Shown one piece after another: positions 1 to 10,216 of a stretch of 32,000 nt of DNA. Position 1 is the stretch's first letter, and each line of letters starts with the position of its first letter. The notes beneath the pieces are model-generated. The model made no database searches, was not told the DNA's origin, and was given only the letters and a program-made list of their open reading frames with translations. The position numbers and the translations under genes were made by a program. The DNA is from Acinetobacter guerrae (GTDB taxonomy: Bacteria; Pseudomonadota; Gammaproteobacteria; Pseudomonadales; Moraxellaceae), in NCBI RefSeq assembly GCF_009372255.1, contig NZ_LXGN01000059.1, forward strand, positions 4,564 to 36,563, in the 5' to 3' direction.

Positions 1-2
1 TT

Positions 3-1724
3 GTGCAGGCATATGCCCAGATTTCTTTGTTTGGTTTAATTATAGAACCGAAACGCTTGGTTAATTTTGAAAAAGTCGATCATGCCGCGGCACGTGAAAT
101 TTTCTTGCGCGATGGATTAACTACGGGCAACTTAGGCATTGTGCCGCCATTTCTAAAGCATAATCTACTGAAACTTGAAGAAGTAGAGCGGGTTGAAGAT
201 AAGTTGCGTCGTCGTGATTTAGTGGTCGATGAAGAAACCATTTATCAATTTTATGCCGAGCGTGTACCTGCTGATATTGCAAGTCGGAGTAGTTTTGAAG
301 ATTGGCGTGCAACCATTGAGCCGAAAAAGCCGCGTTATTTATTTGTTGAAGATGATGCACTGTGGCAAAGTGACCGACCAACCACCCAGCAATTCCCAGA
401 CTATTTACATAATGGAGATTTGCGTTTAGCAACGACATATCGTTTTGATCCAAGTCATGATCAGGATGGTGCGACTGTTAAAATTCCAATCCAAGCTTTG
501 GCGCAAGTCGATGAAAATCTTTGGTCATGGGGTATTCCTGGTTGGCGACTAGATTTGATTGAAGCGCTACTGAAAGCTTTGCCAAAAGATAAACGCCGTC
601 ATCTGGTTCCAATCCCTGATACTGCCCGAAAGCTTATGCAAAGTGTTGATGCATCACATCTACACGAGCATATTTTTAAGTTTTTAGCGTTTGCCTTACG
701 TGGTGAAGATATTGCCGAAAAAGATTTTTCTTTTGAAAGAATCGATCAATATCTGGTGCCGTTCATATTGGTCGTCGACGAAAAAGGTCGAGTCATTGAA
801 AAAGGTCGTGATTTAGCCGAGTTAAAAGCACGTTGTCGTACCGAAACGCATCGACCTGTTAAACAAATGCAGGGTGAGTTTAAACATTTTCCTGAAAGTT
901 TTGTTTTTGAAGCTTCGCAAAAAGTGACCGGTGTGGTGGTGAAGCAATATCAAGCCCTCGTTCCAGTCAAGGTGTTTTCTGAATTAGAACAAAAAGATGA
1001 ATCTGGTGTAGTGATTCAGACTTTTAATGATCAGGCAGAGGCAATTCGACAGCATCGAGAAGGTGTTATACGTTTATTACATATGCAACTTGGTGATTTG
1101 ATCAGGCAGTTAAAAAAACAGATTTCTAAGCCGTTGGCTTTAGCTTATTCTCCGCTGGGTGATAAAAGCAAACTAGAACAAATGTTGGTCTATGCGACAC
1201 TACAACTAAGTATCGAACAGCTTCCAGTGAATGAAGCGGAGTTTCAGCAATTATTACAGCAGGTCAAGCAGAAATTTTTAACGTTTGGACAACAGGCACT
1301 TCAGGTAATTTCAGATATTTTTATTCAGTGGCAAAGCATACGCCGCCAGTTGATGATGCTGGATTCCGATATTTTTGGTCGTAGCATTGATGATATTGAA
1401 GATCAGCTAGATTTGATGCAACTCAGCGATTTTGTTTATACCTGTGGGTCAGATGTTTGGCTTGAATATCCACGTTATTTAAAAGCATTATTGATGCGTT
1501 TGGAGCGTTTACCAAACAATTTGCAGCGTGACGAAGCTGCAATTAATGAGATTGATCCATGGATGGATAAACTATTTAAGTTTAAAAATAGTCCAAAAAT
1601 GAAAGATTTATATTTCCTGGTTGAGGAATTTAGAATTTCCTTATTTTCTCAACCAATGAAAACCAAGATGCCTGTTTCTCCCGCTCGGCTACAAAAACTA
1701 TGGGAAAAACTAGGAATCGGTTAG
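3..1724 (+). CDS. hrpA: ATP-dependent RNA helicase HrpA, C-terminal part (5' end lies outside the window)
   Basis: The ORF is open from the window edge. The stretch REIFLRDGL...[16 protein letters not shown]...[16 protein letters not shown]...[19 protein letters not shown] is collinear with the E. coli HrpA C-terminal region as I recall it. Confidence 0.9.
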   Translation: MQAYAQISLFGLIIEPKRLVNFEKVDHAAAREIFLRDGLTTGNLGIVPPFLKHNLLKLEEVERVEDKLRRRDLVVDEETIYQFYAERVPADIASRSSFEDWRATIEPKKPRYLFVEDDALWQSDRPTTQQFPDYLHNGDLRLATTYRFDPSHDQDGATVKIPIQALAQVDENLWSWGIPGWRLDLIEALLKALPKDKRRHLVPIPDTARKLMQSVDASHLHEHIFKFLAFALRGEDIAEKDFSFERIDQYLVPFILVVDEKGRVIEKGRDLAELKARCRTETHRPVKQMQGEFKHFPESFVFEASQKVTGVVVKQYQALVPVKVFSELEQKDESGVVIQTFNDQAEAIRQHREGVIRLLHMQLGDLIRQLKKQISKPLALAYSPLGDKSKLEQMLVYATLQLSIEQLPVNEAEFQQLLQQVKQKFLTFGQQALQVISDIFIQWQSIRRQLMMLDSDIFGRSIDDIEDQLDLMQLSDFVYTCGSDVWLEYPRYLKALLMRLERLPNNLQRDEAAINEIDPWMDKLFKFKNSPKMKDLYFLVEEFRISLFSQPMKTKMPVSPARLQKLWEKLGIG

Positions 1725-1755
1725 AATATTCTGCATTCTTAACAAGGAGTTTTAC

Positions 1756-2865
1756 ATGGGCATCCGTATTACTGGAACTGGTCTTTATCACCCGACTGAA
1801 ACCATCAGCAATGAAGAGCTGGTTGAAAGTCTTAATGCTTATGTGGAACGCTATAATAGTGAAAATGCAGATAAGATTGCATCGGGGGAATTACCTGAAC
1901 GCCGTGGTTCTAGTGCGGAATTCATTGAAAAAGCTTCTGGTGTAAAAAGTCGTTATGTTGTAGAAAAATCAGGCGTTCTCGATCCTGCACGATTACGTCC
2001 ACATTTGCGTGAACGCAGCGATGATGAAATTTCGTTGCAAGCTGAGTGGGGAGTTATTGCGGCTAAGCAAGCGATGCAAAATGCAGGAGTAGGTCCAGAA
2101 GATATCGATGTCGTGATTTTAGCTTGCTCTAATATACAACGTGCATATCCTGCGGTAGCCATTGAAATTCAGTCGGCTTTGGGTATTCAGGGTTATGCCT
2201 ATGACATGAATGTAGCGTGTTCAGCAGCAACATTTGGTTTAAAACAGGCCTACGATGCCATTAAAAGTGGCGCACGTCGTGTGTTATTGGTTAATGTTGA
2301 AATTACCTCTGGTCATACTGATTATCGTTCCCGTGACTGTCATTTTATTTTTGGTGATGTAGCGACAGCTTCAATTATTGAAGAAACTGACAGCAAAGCA
2401 GGTTTTGAGATTCTCGACATTCATTTGTTTACGCAGTTTTCCAATAATATTCGTAACAATTTTGGCTTCCTGAACCGTAGTGAAGAAACCAATCGTGATG
2501 ATAAACAATTTCGTCAGGATGGACGAAAAGTATTTAAAGATGTTTGTCCACTGGTTGCGAAAATCATTACGGGTCAATTGGAAAAAATGCAAATTCAGGC
2601 AGATGATGTTAAACGTTTTTGGTTGCATCAGGCCAATGCCAATATGAATCAACTGGTTGCGAAACTAGTTCTGGGTAAAGAAGCAGAAGCAGAGCGTACT
2701 CCAATCATTCTGGATGAGTTTGCCAATACTTCATCGGCAGGTGTAATTATTGCATTGCATCGTACAGGCGATCAGGTTGATGCTGGCGAATACGGTGTGA
2801 TTTGTTCATTTGGCGCGGGTTACTCGGTTGGTTCAGTGATTGTACAAAAATACAAAGCTGCATAA
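1756..2865 (+). CDS. beta-ketoacyl-ACP synthase III family protein (FabH-like, long form of about 370 aa)
   Basis: An AAGGAG RBS lies 7 nt upstream of the ATG. The protein has a thiolase-fold KAS III layout with an active-site Cys context ([11 protein letters not shown]), a later HQAN motif and FGAGYS near the C-terminus. Confidence 0.85.
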   Translation: MGIRITGTGLYHPTETISNEELVESLNAYVERYNSENADKIASGELPERRGSSAEFIEKASGVKSRYVVEKSGVLDPARLRPHLRERSDDEISLQAEWGVIAAKQAMQNAGVGPEDIDVVILACSNIQRAYPAVAIEIQSALGIQGYAYDMNVACSAATFGLKQAYDAIKSGARRVLLVNVEITSGHTDYRSRDCHFIFGDVATASIIEETDSKAGFEILDIHLFTQFSNNIRNNFGFLNRSEETNRDDKQFRQDGRKVFKDVCPLVAKIITGQLEKMQIQADDVKRFWLHQANANMNQLVAKLVLGKEAEAERTPIILDEFANTSSAGVIIALHRTGDQVDAGEYGVICSFGAGYSVGSVIVQKYKAA

Positions 2866-2885
2866 GCCTAAACGTAAATACTTTT

Positions 2886-2910
2886 AAACTCTACTTCGGT
2901 AGAGTTTTTT
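2886..2910 (+). terminator. rho-independent terminator after the KAS III gene
   Basis: AAACTCTAC-TTCG-GTAGAGTTT is followed by a T-run. Confidence 0.8.
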
Positions 2911-3124
2911 ATTTTAATGTGTTTGGATTTATGTAATAAGACATTGAAAATACCTGAGGAAAATTAGATATTGAAAGAATGATCCAAAGTACCTGAAATA
3001 AATTTTATTTCATGCTTTCAATCAGAATGTTGCTATAAAAACTCATAATTGCTCAACCCATTTTGCATATAACTGCATAATTTTAAAATAATTTAATGCA
3101 GCTATAATAAGTAAAGCAGGTGAA

Positions 3125-5539
3125 ATGATGGATCGTGATAATCAAACTTCAGAAGAAAATCAGAGCTATGCGAGAATTGAACCCTATGATCAACCTGCTG
3201 GAGGTTGGGGGGCACTTTTGAGTGTTGCACGAAATTTAAAACGACAGGAAACTCTCAAAAAAGGCTCTATTTCTTTACTCAATATTAATCAGCCGACAGG
3301 TTTTGATTGTCCTGGATGTGCATGGCCCGAAAAAAAAGATGCTCATGCATTTAACTTTTGTGAAAATGGTGCAAAAGCGGTTGCATTTGAAGCAACCAAT
3401 AAGCGTGTAACCCCAGAGTTTTTTGCAACGCATACAGTGAGTTGGTTATCGGAACAAAGTGATTTCTTTCTGGAAGATGCAGGACGAATTACCGATCCAA
3501 TGCGTTACGACAGAACAGTAGATAAATACGTTCCTATTAGTTGGGATGACGCTTTCCAATTAATTGCCAAGCATTTGCAGACATTAGATGATCCTAATCA
3601 AGCAGCTTTTTATACTTCTGGACGTGCCAGTAACGAAGCTGCTTTTTTATATCAACTTTTTGTACGCAGTTATGGCACTAATAATTTCCCCGACTGTTCA
3701 AACATGTGCCATGAAACCACCAGTGTTGGATTAAAAGATTCGATTGGATTGGGTAAGGGCACAGTAACACTAGATGATTTTGATCAAGCCGATGCTGTGT
3801 TTAGTTTCGGGCATAATCCGGGCACCAACCATCCTCGAATGTTGGCGACATTGCGCGAGGTTTCAAAACGCGGCGGAACGATTATTGCGATTAATCCTTT
3901 AAAAGAGCGCGGATTGGAACGCTTTCAGGATCCGCAAGCACCTTTAGAAATGATTACCAATGGCAGCACACCGATAAGCCGTTATTATTTTCAGCCAAAA
4001 GTGGGCGGTGATTATGCCATTATGTTTGGTATGCTCAAACATTTGGCAGAGTGGGATCAACAAGCGACTGCCAAAGCACAGGAAAGTGTATTTGATCGTT
4101 CCTTTATTGAGATGAATACCATTGGTTTCAATGAAATGCTGACAGAAGTTCAAAATACTTCATGGTCAGAGATTCATCCGCATACAGGTCTTAGTCCTGA
4201 ACATTTGGAAGCATTAGCAAAACTGTATCGTGAGTCTAAACGTGCCATTTTCTGCTGGGGCATGGGCATTACTCAGCACCGTCATGGTACAGCCAATGTA
4301 CATATGTTAGCCAATCTGATGTTGGCAAGAGGACATATTGGTCGTTCTGGTGCTGGATTAGCACCTATTCGTGGTCATAGTAATGTTCAGGGTGACCGAA
4401 CGATGGGAATCAACGAACGACCAAGCCCTAAAATGTTAGACAATATTGATCGGGTTTTTGGGATTCAATCTCCCCGTGAAAATGGAATGGGCGTGGTTGA
4501 AACCATTAAAGCAATGGCAGAAGGGCGAGTTAAAGTTTTTATTGGTTTAGGTGGGAATTTTGCTGTCGCGACACCCGATACCAATTATACCCAGCAAGCC
4601 TTACGCAACTGTAAATTGACGGTGCATATCACCACTAAAATGAATCGAAGTCATTTGGTGTGTGGACAGGACGCATTGATGCTGCCATGTCTGGGGCGTA
4701 CCGAAGTCGATATACAAGAACATGGTCCACAGTCGATTTCAGTGGAAGATTCTATGAGTAATGTACATTTATCAGCAGGACGGAATGATCCGATCTCGTC
4801 AGATTTACTGTCTGAGCCTGATATTATTGCCAGAATTGCACAAGCAACTTTGCCAAATAGTCAAATCAAATGGCGTTGGTATATCGAGAGTTATGATCGT
4901 ATTCGTGATGCCATATCAGAAGTATTTGATGAATTTCATGATTTTAATCAGCGTGTTTATCAATCTGGTGGGTTTCATCTGGAGCATCCCGCCAATCAGC
5001 ATGTCTGGAATACGCCAAGTGGCAAGGCACAATTTTTAATTACCCCGATTTCTGAAGTCTATGCAGACCAAGAACATCGTTATACAGATGCTTATACGCA
5101 AGCCAAAGTTTATACCTTAATGACCACCCGTTCTCACGACCAATACAATACCACTTTATATGGTCTGGATGATCGCTATCGAGGTGTATATGGTCAGCGC
5201 CGTGTCTTATTTATGAATGAACTGGATATTCAGGCAGCAGGATTTCAAGCTGATCAATGGGTGGACATCGAAAGTATTTATTCAGATGGTGTAAAACGGA
5301 TTGTACATAGTTTTCGTATTGTGCCTTATAACATTCCGCGGGGCAGTCTGGCGGCCTATTATCCCGAAACAAATCCATTAGTCGCGCTAAGTAGCCATGA
5401 TAAATATGCCAAGATTCCTGCTTCCAAAAGTGTTCCGGTGATTTTACATACGGGACATGCCCCTGAGCATTTTAATCTGGCGGCAGAAGTTGATCCTGAA
5501 AAAGCAGATCAAATTATTTCTACAGCACCATTAAGTTAA
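3125..5539 (+). CDS. FdhF/YdeP-family molybdopterin oxidoreductase (formate dehydrogenase alpha-like)
   Basis: The 804-aa ORF has an N-terminal Cys cluster (CPGCAWPE...FCENGAK) and a CHE motif typical of MopB enzymes. It is immediately followed by fdhD. An RBS (GCAGGTG) precedes ATGATG. Confidence 0.85.
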   Translation: MMDRDNQTSEENQSYARIEPYDQPAGGWGALLSVARNLKRQETLKKGSISLLNINQPTGFDCPGCAWPEKKDAHAFNFCENGAKAVAFEATNKRVTPEFFATHTVSWLSEQSDFFLEDAGRITDPMRYDRTVDKYVPISWDDAFQLIAKHLQTLDDPNQAAFYTSGRASNEAAFLYQLFVRSYGTNNFPDCSNMCHETTSVGLKDSIGLGKGTVTLDDFDQADAVFSFGHNPGTNHPRMLATLREVSKRGGTIIAINPLKERGLERFQDPQAPLEMITNGSTPISRYYFQPKVGGDYAIMFGMLKHLAEWDQQATAKAQESVFDRSFIEMNTIGFNEMLTEVQNTSWSEIHPHTGLSPEHLEALAKLYRESKRAIFCWGMGITQHRHGTANVHMLANLMLARGHIGRSGAGLAPIRGHSNVQGDRTMGINERPSPKMLDNIDRVFGIQSPRENGMGVVETIKAMAEGRVKVFIGLGGNFAVATPDTNYTQQALRNCKLTVHITTKMNRSHLVCGQDALMLPCLGRTEVDIQEHGPQSISVEDSMSNVHLSAGRNDPISSDLLSEPDIIARIAQATLPNSQIKWRWYIESYDRIRDAISEVFDEFHDFNQRVYQSGGFHLEHPANQHVWNTPSGKAQFLITPISEVYADQEHRYTDAYTQAKVYTLMTTRSHDQYNTTLYGLDDRYRGVYGQRRVLFMNELDIQAAGFQADQWVDIESIYSDGVKRIVHSFRIVPYNIPRGSLAAYYPETNPLVALSSHDKYAKIPASKSVPVILHTGHAPEHFNLAAEVDPEKADQIISTAPLS

Positions 5540-5598
5540 TTTTTGGCTGGGTGAGTGATAGCGCATTAAATGCATTGTTTTCAGATAAGGAAAAAATA

Positions 5599-6396
5599 AT
5601 GGATGATACTTTGCAGTTGCCATTAGGTTATGAACCTCTGATCGTTCAGCGTTATAGTCATGGAAGTGTTCAGGAGCAGTTAGACGACGTCGTGCAAGAA
5701 ACCCCTGTAGCACTGGTTTACAATGGAATTTCACATGCAGTCATGATGGCAACGCCAACAGAACTAGAGTTTTTTGCACGGGGTTTTAGTCTATCTGAAG
5801 GAATTATTGAACATCTGGGTGAACTTTATGCACTTGATATTGTAGAAACTGAACAGGGTATCCAAGCTGAAATGACAATTTCATCCCGTGCTTTTTCAGC
5901 CTTGAAGTTGCATCGCCGTGCCATGACAGGACGTACAGGTTGTGGGCTTTGTGGCATAGAAAGTTTGCAGCAATTACATCAGGATTTAACGCCAGTCAGC
6001 ACTGAATTTTTATCCGAATGGTTAAATGACATTCCAAATGCAGTTCTGCAGTTAGGCTCACAACAAAAAATCACGGCGCTGACTGGTGGGGCACACGCTG
6101 CGGCATGGGTAGCGAACGGAGAAATTACTGTTTTGTTTGAAGATGTGGGGCGGCACAATGCATTGGATAAATTGCTTGGTTACATTGCTCAGCATCGGTT
6201 GGATGTAACAAATGGCTTTGTACTAATGACTAGCCGAGCGAGTTATGAATTAATACGAAAATGTACGCGACTTAACATTGCATTATTGGCCTGTATCTCC
6301 GCACCAACCAGTTTGGCTATTGAGATGGCTAAAAAATCTGGCTTAGCTTTAGCTGGATTTTGTCGAGGGAAGGGATTCGTGTTGTATAACACATAA
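5599..6396 (+). CDS. fdhD: formate dehydrogenase accessory sulfurtransferase FdhD
   Basis: ETPVALVYNGISHAVMMATP...GFSLSEGII...GRTGCGLCG...GGAHAAA...DVGRHNALDKL matches FdhD signatures. I prefer the ATG at 5599 (AAGGA RBS 7 nt upstream) over the GTG at 5551 used by the ORF track. The start is uncertain. Confidence 0.85.
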   Translation: MDDTLQLPLGYEPLIVQRYSHGSVQEQLDDVVQETPVALVYNGISHAVMMATPTELEFFARGFSLSEGIIEHLGELYALDIVETEQGIQAEMTISSRAFSALKLHRRAMTGRTGCGLCGIESLQQLHQDLTPVSTEFLSEWLNDIPNAVLQLGSQQKITALTGGAHAAAWVANGEITVLFEDVGRHNALDKLLGYIAQHRLDVTNGFVLMTSRASYELIRKCTRLNIALLACISAPTSLAIEMAKKSGLALAGFCRGKGFVLYNT

Positions 6397-6448
6397 ATAA
6401 AACTTAGCGATACTGTAAATTTTTGGCTTTGGCATCAAATCTATGCTG

Positions 6449-7372
6449 TTAACCTGCTTGTTCAGGATCAAGCCGTAAAGCTTCATTTGGGCAAATCGAT
6501 TCGATAATACTTTGTACGACGAGCGGATGTTGTAAATAACCAATAATCTCATGTGGTTTATGTGCAAAAGTTGAAATCCCTTGATTAATAATAGAGGGTT
6601 GAAAGTTGAAAAAACTATGATCCAGTGGGAACGTCGTTAAATAGTCCTCATGTGAGTAAAAATTATGCCAATCGCCTTGTAAGGCTTCGAGTTGTTCGGT
6701 CGGACGGTTCAGTCTGGATTGCACCACTCGAAATGCAAGTGGAGAGGCAAGCGTAATAAAACGACGGATTTTTATTTTTTTTGAAAGTTGTTGCAACAGA
6801 TTGTACGCGATAACCGTGCCTAGCGAGTGGGAAACAATAATGTATTCTTCATCTTCGTCAAAAGATTGAATTACACGCTCGTGGACATTGTTCATAAAGT
6901 CTGGATTAGCTAAATAGAGATACACCTCAAGAATATAACGATGCAACATATTTTCATGTAATTTGGGAAACTTATTTAATAGCATCACAAACTCACGCAA
7001 TACATGATCTTTGGCTAAATGCGAAAATAAATATAGACGCGAAGTCAAAGTAAGTTCCTCGTGGTGTTTTGCCAATAAAGGAATCAATCTTTGATCCTGA
7101 TCAATTTGCTGTGGTTCAGAATGTTGTAAATAGGGTAAATGCCAGTCTTGCCATGCTTGAGGCATAAATGCATCTAAAGGTGTTTCTAGTTGAGCCAATG
7201 TATGTTGATGAATTAAATCACCATAGTAGGGAAAGGCAAGATTTAAGTTGTGAAGCGGAATATGGACATCAAGATGAGTTAAACCAAGTTGAAAAATATT
7301 TAACCAATGATCCTGTAAGCTTTGAGCATCAAAGCCTTGTTGTTGCGCACCGTGTATAAAAATCAGTTTCAT
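6449..7372 (-). CDS. alpha/beta-hydrolase-like protein of unknown specificity
   Basis: The 307-aa ORF begins MKLIFIHGA and carries a nucleophile-elbow-like motif, VSHSLG (GxSxG type). Confidence 0.6.
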   Translation of the reverse strand: MKLIFIHGAQQQGFDAQSLQDHWLNIFQLGLTHLDVHIPLHNLNLAFPYYGDLIHQHTLAQLETPLDAFMPQAWQDWHLPYLQHSEPQQIDQDQRLIPLLAKHHEELTLTSRLYLFSHLAKDHVLREFVMLLNKFPKLHENMLHRYILEVYLYLANPDFMNNVHERVIQSFDEDEEYIIVSHSLGTVIAYNLLQQLSKKIKIRRFITLASPLAFRVVQSRLNRPTEQLEALQGDWHNFYSHEDYLTTFPLDHSFFNFQPSIINQGISTFAHKPHEIIGYLQHPLVVQSIIESICPNEALRLDPEQAG

Positions 7373-7450
7373 TATAATGCTATCAATTATTCTTATGCTT
7401 GATTTGACTGTAACATTGAGATGTCTTACCTGACCAGTACTCGGAACAAA

Positions 7451-7477
7451 AAAAGTGTAGCGTTTTGCTACACTTTT
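7451..7477. terminator. bidirectional hairpin terminator between the hydrolase start region and the permease 3' end
   Basis: AAAA-GTGTAGC-GTTTT-GCTACAC-TTTT has an A-run on one side and a T-run on the other. It lies 29 nt downstream of the permease stop. Confidence 0.7.
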
Positions 7478-7505
7478 GCTAAAGAAATGAAGTAATTAGA
7501 GCTTA

Positions 7506-8924
7506 TTACTTAGAATTGCGATAAAATATAAAGTGGCTGATATAGCAAATCGCAATAAAAATAAGACAGCAAATAAAACCTGTCAGCATTTCAGGATCTG
7601 CCGCCATGCTTAAACAGGTAATCAGACAGAAGAAAAATCCTAAGATAGGTACAATAGGAAATAAAGGTGCTGCAAATTTTAAATCCTGAATAGTATGACC
7701 TGTTTTGTACCACTGCCGTCTGAAATTAAATTGGCTTAAACAAATACTCATCCAGACTACCACCATCGTAAATGCAGCAACACCCAATAGATTTTTAAAA
7801 ATGGTTTCAGGTGCAAATTGTTCAGATAATAGGCCAGGAATCGCACCAAACATGGTAACAATCAACGCAACAATAGGCGTGCCACTTTGGGTAAGTTTAG
7901 AAAAAATACGTGGTAAATGTTGCTGCGAAGAAAGAGACCACATCATCCGTGAAGCAGCATATAAACCTGAATTTGCGGCTGAGAGTAGTGCCGTAATAAT
8001 TACAAAGCGAATAATATCGTCTGCGTAGGGGATTCCAATATAGTTAAACACAGTAACAAATGGACTATTACTCACACTATGACCGCCTAAACCAGCCTGT
8101 TCAAAGGGCAATAATGCGCTAATGACGATAATCGTACCCACAAAGAAAATTAATAAACGCCAGATCGCTGCATTGATCGCCTTTGGAACATTGTCAGCAG
8201 GATCTTTGGTTTCTCCTGCTGCAACGCCAATCAGTTCAGTACCCGAAAAAGCAAAATTGACAATCAGCATAGTGGCAAAAATGGGCATGAGTCCCTGAGG
8301 AAACCAACCTTGCGCAGTCAAATTACTAAATAAAGGGGCTGTTTCGTAACCTTGAAAAGAAATTAAGCCAACAATGGCCAATAAGCCCAATATAATAAAA
8401 CTGATAACGGTAATAACTTTAACCAGAGAAAGCCAGAATTCAGATTCGGCAAAAATTTTAGTTGAGCTTAAATTCAGGGTGAAAATGGTGATTGCAAAAA
8501 TAAGTGTCCAGATCCACATTGAAATATGAGGAAACCATTCCTGCATGAGCAAGGCAGCCGCAGTGAATTCAGTTCCTAAAGTCGCTGTCCATGTCAGCCA
8601 ATATAACCATGACACTACATAACCTGTACTTGGGCCAATATACTTGGCAGCATATGCCCCAAAAGAACCAGAAACAGGCATGTGTACTGCTAATTCACCC
8701 AAACATAGCATAACCATGTAGGCAATCAGCCCACCTAAAATATAGGCAAGGATTGCGCCAACTGGGCCTGTTTGTGAAATGACTTCACCTGAGCCTAAAA
8801 AAAGACCTGTACCAATTGCGCCGCCTAAAGAAAGCATGACCAAATGGCGCGTACTCATTGCTCGTTTTAAAGGAGCGGAATGATTGGATGAGGAGGTTAT
8901 ATTTGAAGATTCAGATGGTTGCAT
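7506..8924 (-). CDS. amino acid permease, APC family (LysP-like)
   Basis: The 472-aa product is a multi-TM protein. RHLVMLSLGGAIGTGLFLGSG...GELAVHMPVSGSF closely resembles the LysP/AroP signature. I chose the start at Met59 of the track ORF (MQPSESS) because the upstream extension translates the tRNA-derived attL repeat. Confidence 0.85.
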   Translation of the reverse strand: MQPSESSNITSSSNHSAPLKRAMSTRHLVMLSLGGAIGTGLFLGSGEVISQTGPVGAILAYILGGLIAYMVMLCLGELAVHMPVSGSFGAYAAKYIGPSTGYVVSWLYWLTWTATLGTEFTAAALLMQEWFPHISMWIWTLIFAITIFTLNLSSTKIFAESEFWLSLVKVITVISFIILGLLAIVGLISFQGYETAPLFSNLTAQGWFPQGLMPIFATMLIVNFAFSGTELIGVAAGETKDPADNVPKAINAAIWRLLIFFVGTIIVISALLPFEQAGLGGHSVSNSPFVTVFNYIGIPYADDIIRFVIITALLSAANSGLYAASRMMWSLSSQQHLPRIFSKLTQSGTPIVALIVTMFGAIPGLLSEQFAPETIFKNLLGVAAFTMVVVWMSICLSQFNFRRQWYKTGHTIQDLKFAAPLFPIVPILGFFFCLITCLSMAADPEMLTGFICCLIFIAICYISHFIFYRNSK

Positions 8925-9037
8925 ACACAACGTCACGTTCAAAATGGAGAAGCGCGCTATTGTAGAGAAAAATTTGAAATGTGCAATCTTGAGGCAGACA
9001 AACAATAGCCAACAAGTACAATAAAAAAGGATTTTAT

Positions 9038-9095
9038 AAAATGGCGTCCCTACGGGGATTCGAACCCCGGTTACCGCCGTGAAAGGGCGATGTCC
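9038..9095. repeat. attL: 58-bp direct repeat carrying a duplicated 3' fragment of tRNA-Glu
   Basis: The sequence is identical base for base to 17587-17644 (AAAATGGCGTCCCTACGGGGATTCGAACCCCGGTTACCGCCGTGAAAGGGCGATGTCC). Identity ends at 9037/17586 and at 9096/17645. Confidence 0.95.
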
Positions 9096-9141
9096 CAAAT
9101 GTCATATTTCACTATGATAATATTTGTAAAGTTTTGTAAAT

Positions 9142-9963
9142 TTATTGAAGTATTGGTAGTTTTTTCAACACATCGTGTAAATGTTCAGGCGCTAGATGCG
9201 CGTAACGTTGTGTAATTCGGATGTCAGAATGACCCAACAATGTTGAAACATGATAGAGAGGGACACCATTCTTAACGAGAAAACTAGCAAATGTATGCCT
9301 TAAATCATGAATCCTTACATAGCCTAGATTTGCTCTTTTTACCGCTAATTCAAATCCACGTCGAAAGCTTCTAATATTTTTATCTGTTTTAGGATTATAA
9401 AAAACATAATGTTTATGTGAACGTAACCTTAGTAATGCAGCAATACAAACAGTGTTTAAAGGCTTATAAACGGTTTTTTTATTCTTTGATAATGAATTTC
9501 GAATAATTAAATATCTATGTTCTAGTGACACATTTGACCAAGTTAGTGTAGTTAATTCAGAAGCTCGACAACCTGTATTCAAAGCCAATGTTATAAAGTC
9601 ATAAAGCATAACATTATCCCTTGTTGCAGTTAATAACATACGACATTCAACAGATGTTAAAAAACGAGGAATGAAATCTGCTTCAAAAAGTTTAAATCTA
9701 TTAAATGGATTTTTAAAATTAGCAGTCTGATTATATTTAAGATAGTAATTAAAAGCCGACCTAATTAAATTTAACTCCCTATTAATTGTAGTGTTTTTAA
9801 CACCTTGTAATTTTCTAAAAGTACAATAGTCTGTTATATGATTAATCGTAATTTCGTCATGATCATAAAACCACTCCAAGTGTTTTAATTTTTCTAAATA
9901 TGTATGCTTTGAATTATAAAGACCGTTTTTACAGTAAAAGTTAACTATTTCTTGTATATCCAT
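9142..9963 (-). CDS. int: tyrosine recombinase / phage integrase
   Basis: The 273-aa ORF has the catalytic signature TGCRASE...HDLRHTFAS...LLGHSDIRITQRYAH (R...HxxR...H...Y). It lies just inside attL. Confidence 0.85.
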   Translation of the reverse strand: MDIQEIVNFYCKNGLYNSKHTYLEKLKHLEWFYDHDEITINHITDYCTFRKLQGVKNTTINRELNLIRSAFNYYLKYNQTANFKNPFNRFKLFEADFIPRFLTSVECRMLLTATRDNVMLYDFITLALNTGCRASELTTLTWSNVSLEHRYLIIRNSLSKNKKTVYKPLNTVCIAALLRLRSHKHYVFYNPKTDKNIRSFRRGFELAVKRANLGYVRIHDLRHTFASFLVKNGVPLYHVSTLLGHSDIRITQRYAHLAPEHLHDVLKKLPILQ

Positions 9964-10216
9964 GATTCACCAATATGTAATATTTTGCCAATCGTGTTTT
10001 TTGAGTGAATTTACAATATACATAAATATCAATAATTTAATAATTTGTTCCTGGCAAAATTTTCAACCAGGATAAGATCTGAAGTTGGTAGATAATGCAA
10101 GTCAGTTCGCGCCCTGCGGGACGCTCTAAAACTCCCGCTTAGAGTTGAGCGGGAGCTTGTAATCAGGGAAATGGTTTCAAAATTCGATAGGGTCAGTTCA
10201 CTCGTAGACACTCGTT

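Noticed and set aside
2911-3124. Possible Moco riboswitch or regulator site upstream of the molybdoenzyme gene (near-inverted repeat ACTGCAT...ATGCAGC at about 3070-3110)
   Set aside because: The region is almost pure AT and lacks the conserved GC-rich Moco-motif helices. The inverted repeat is short and imperfect.
8925-9098. N-terminal 58-codon extension of the permease ORF (MGHRPFTAVTGVRIPVGTPF...) given in the ORF track
   Set aside because: The extension is the reverse-strand translation of the tRNA-Glu-derived attL repeat plus spacer. The conserved permease sequence begins after Met59, so I moved the start to 8924.
10029-10211. 60-aa GTG-start ORF between int and the 84-aa gene
   Set aside because: It reads straight through three GC-rich hairpins, has a low-complexity S/T/R-rich product and lacks a convincing RBS. 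I interpret the region as structured non-coding DNA.
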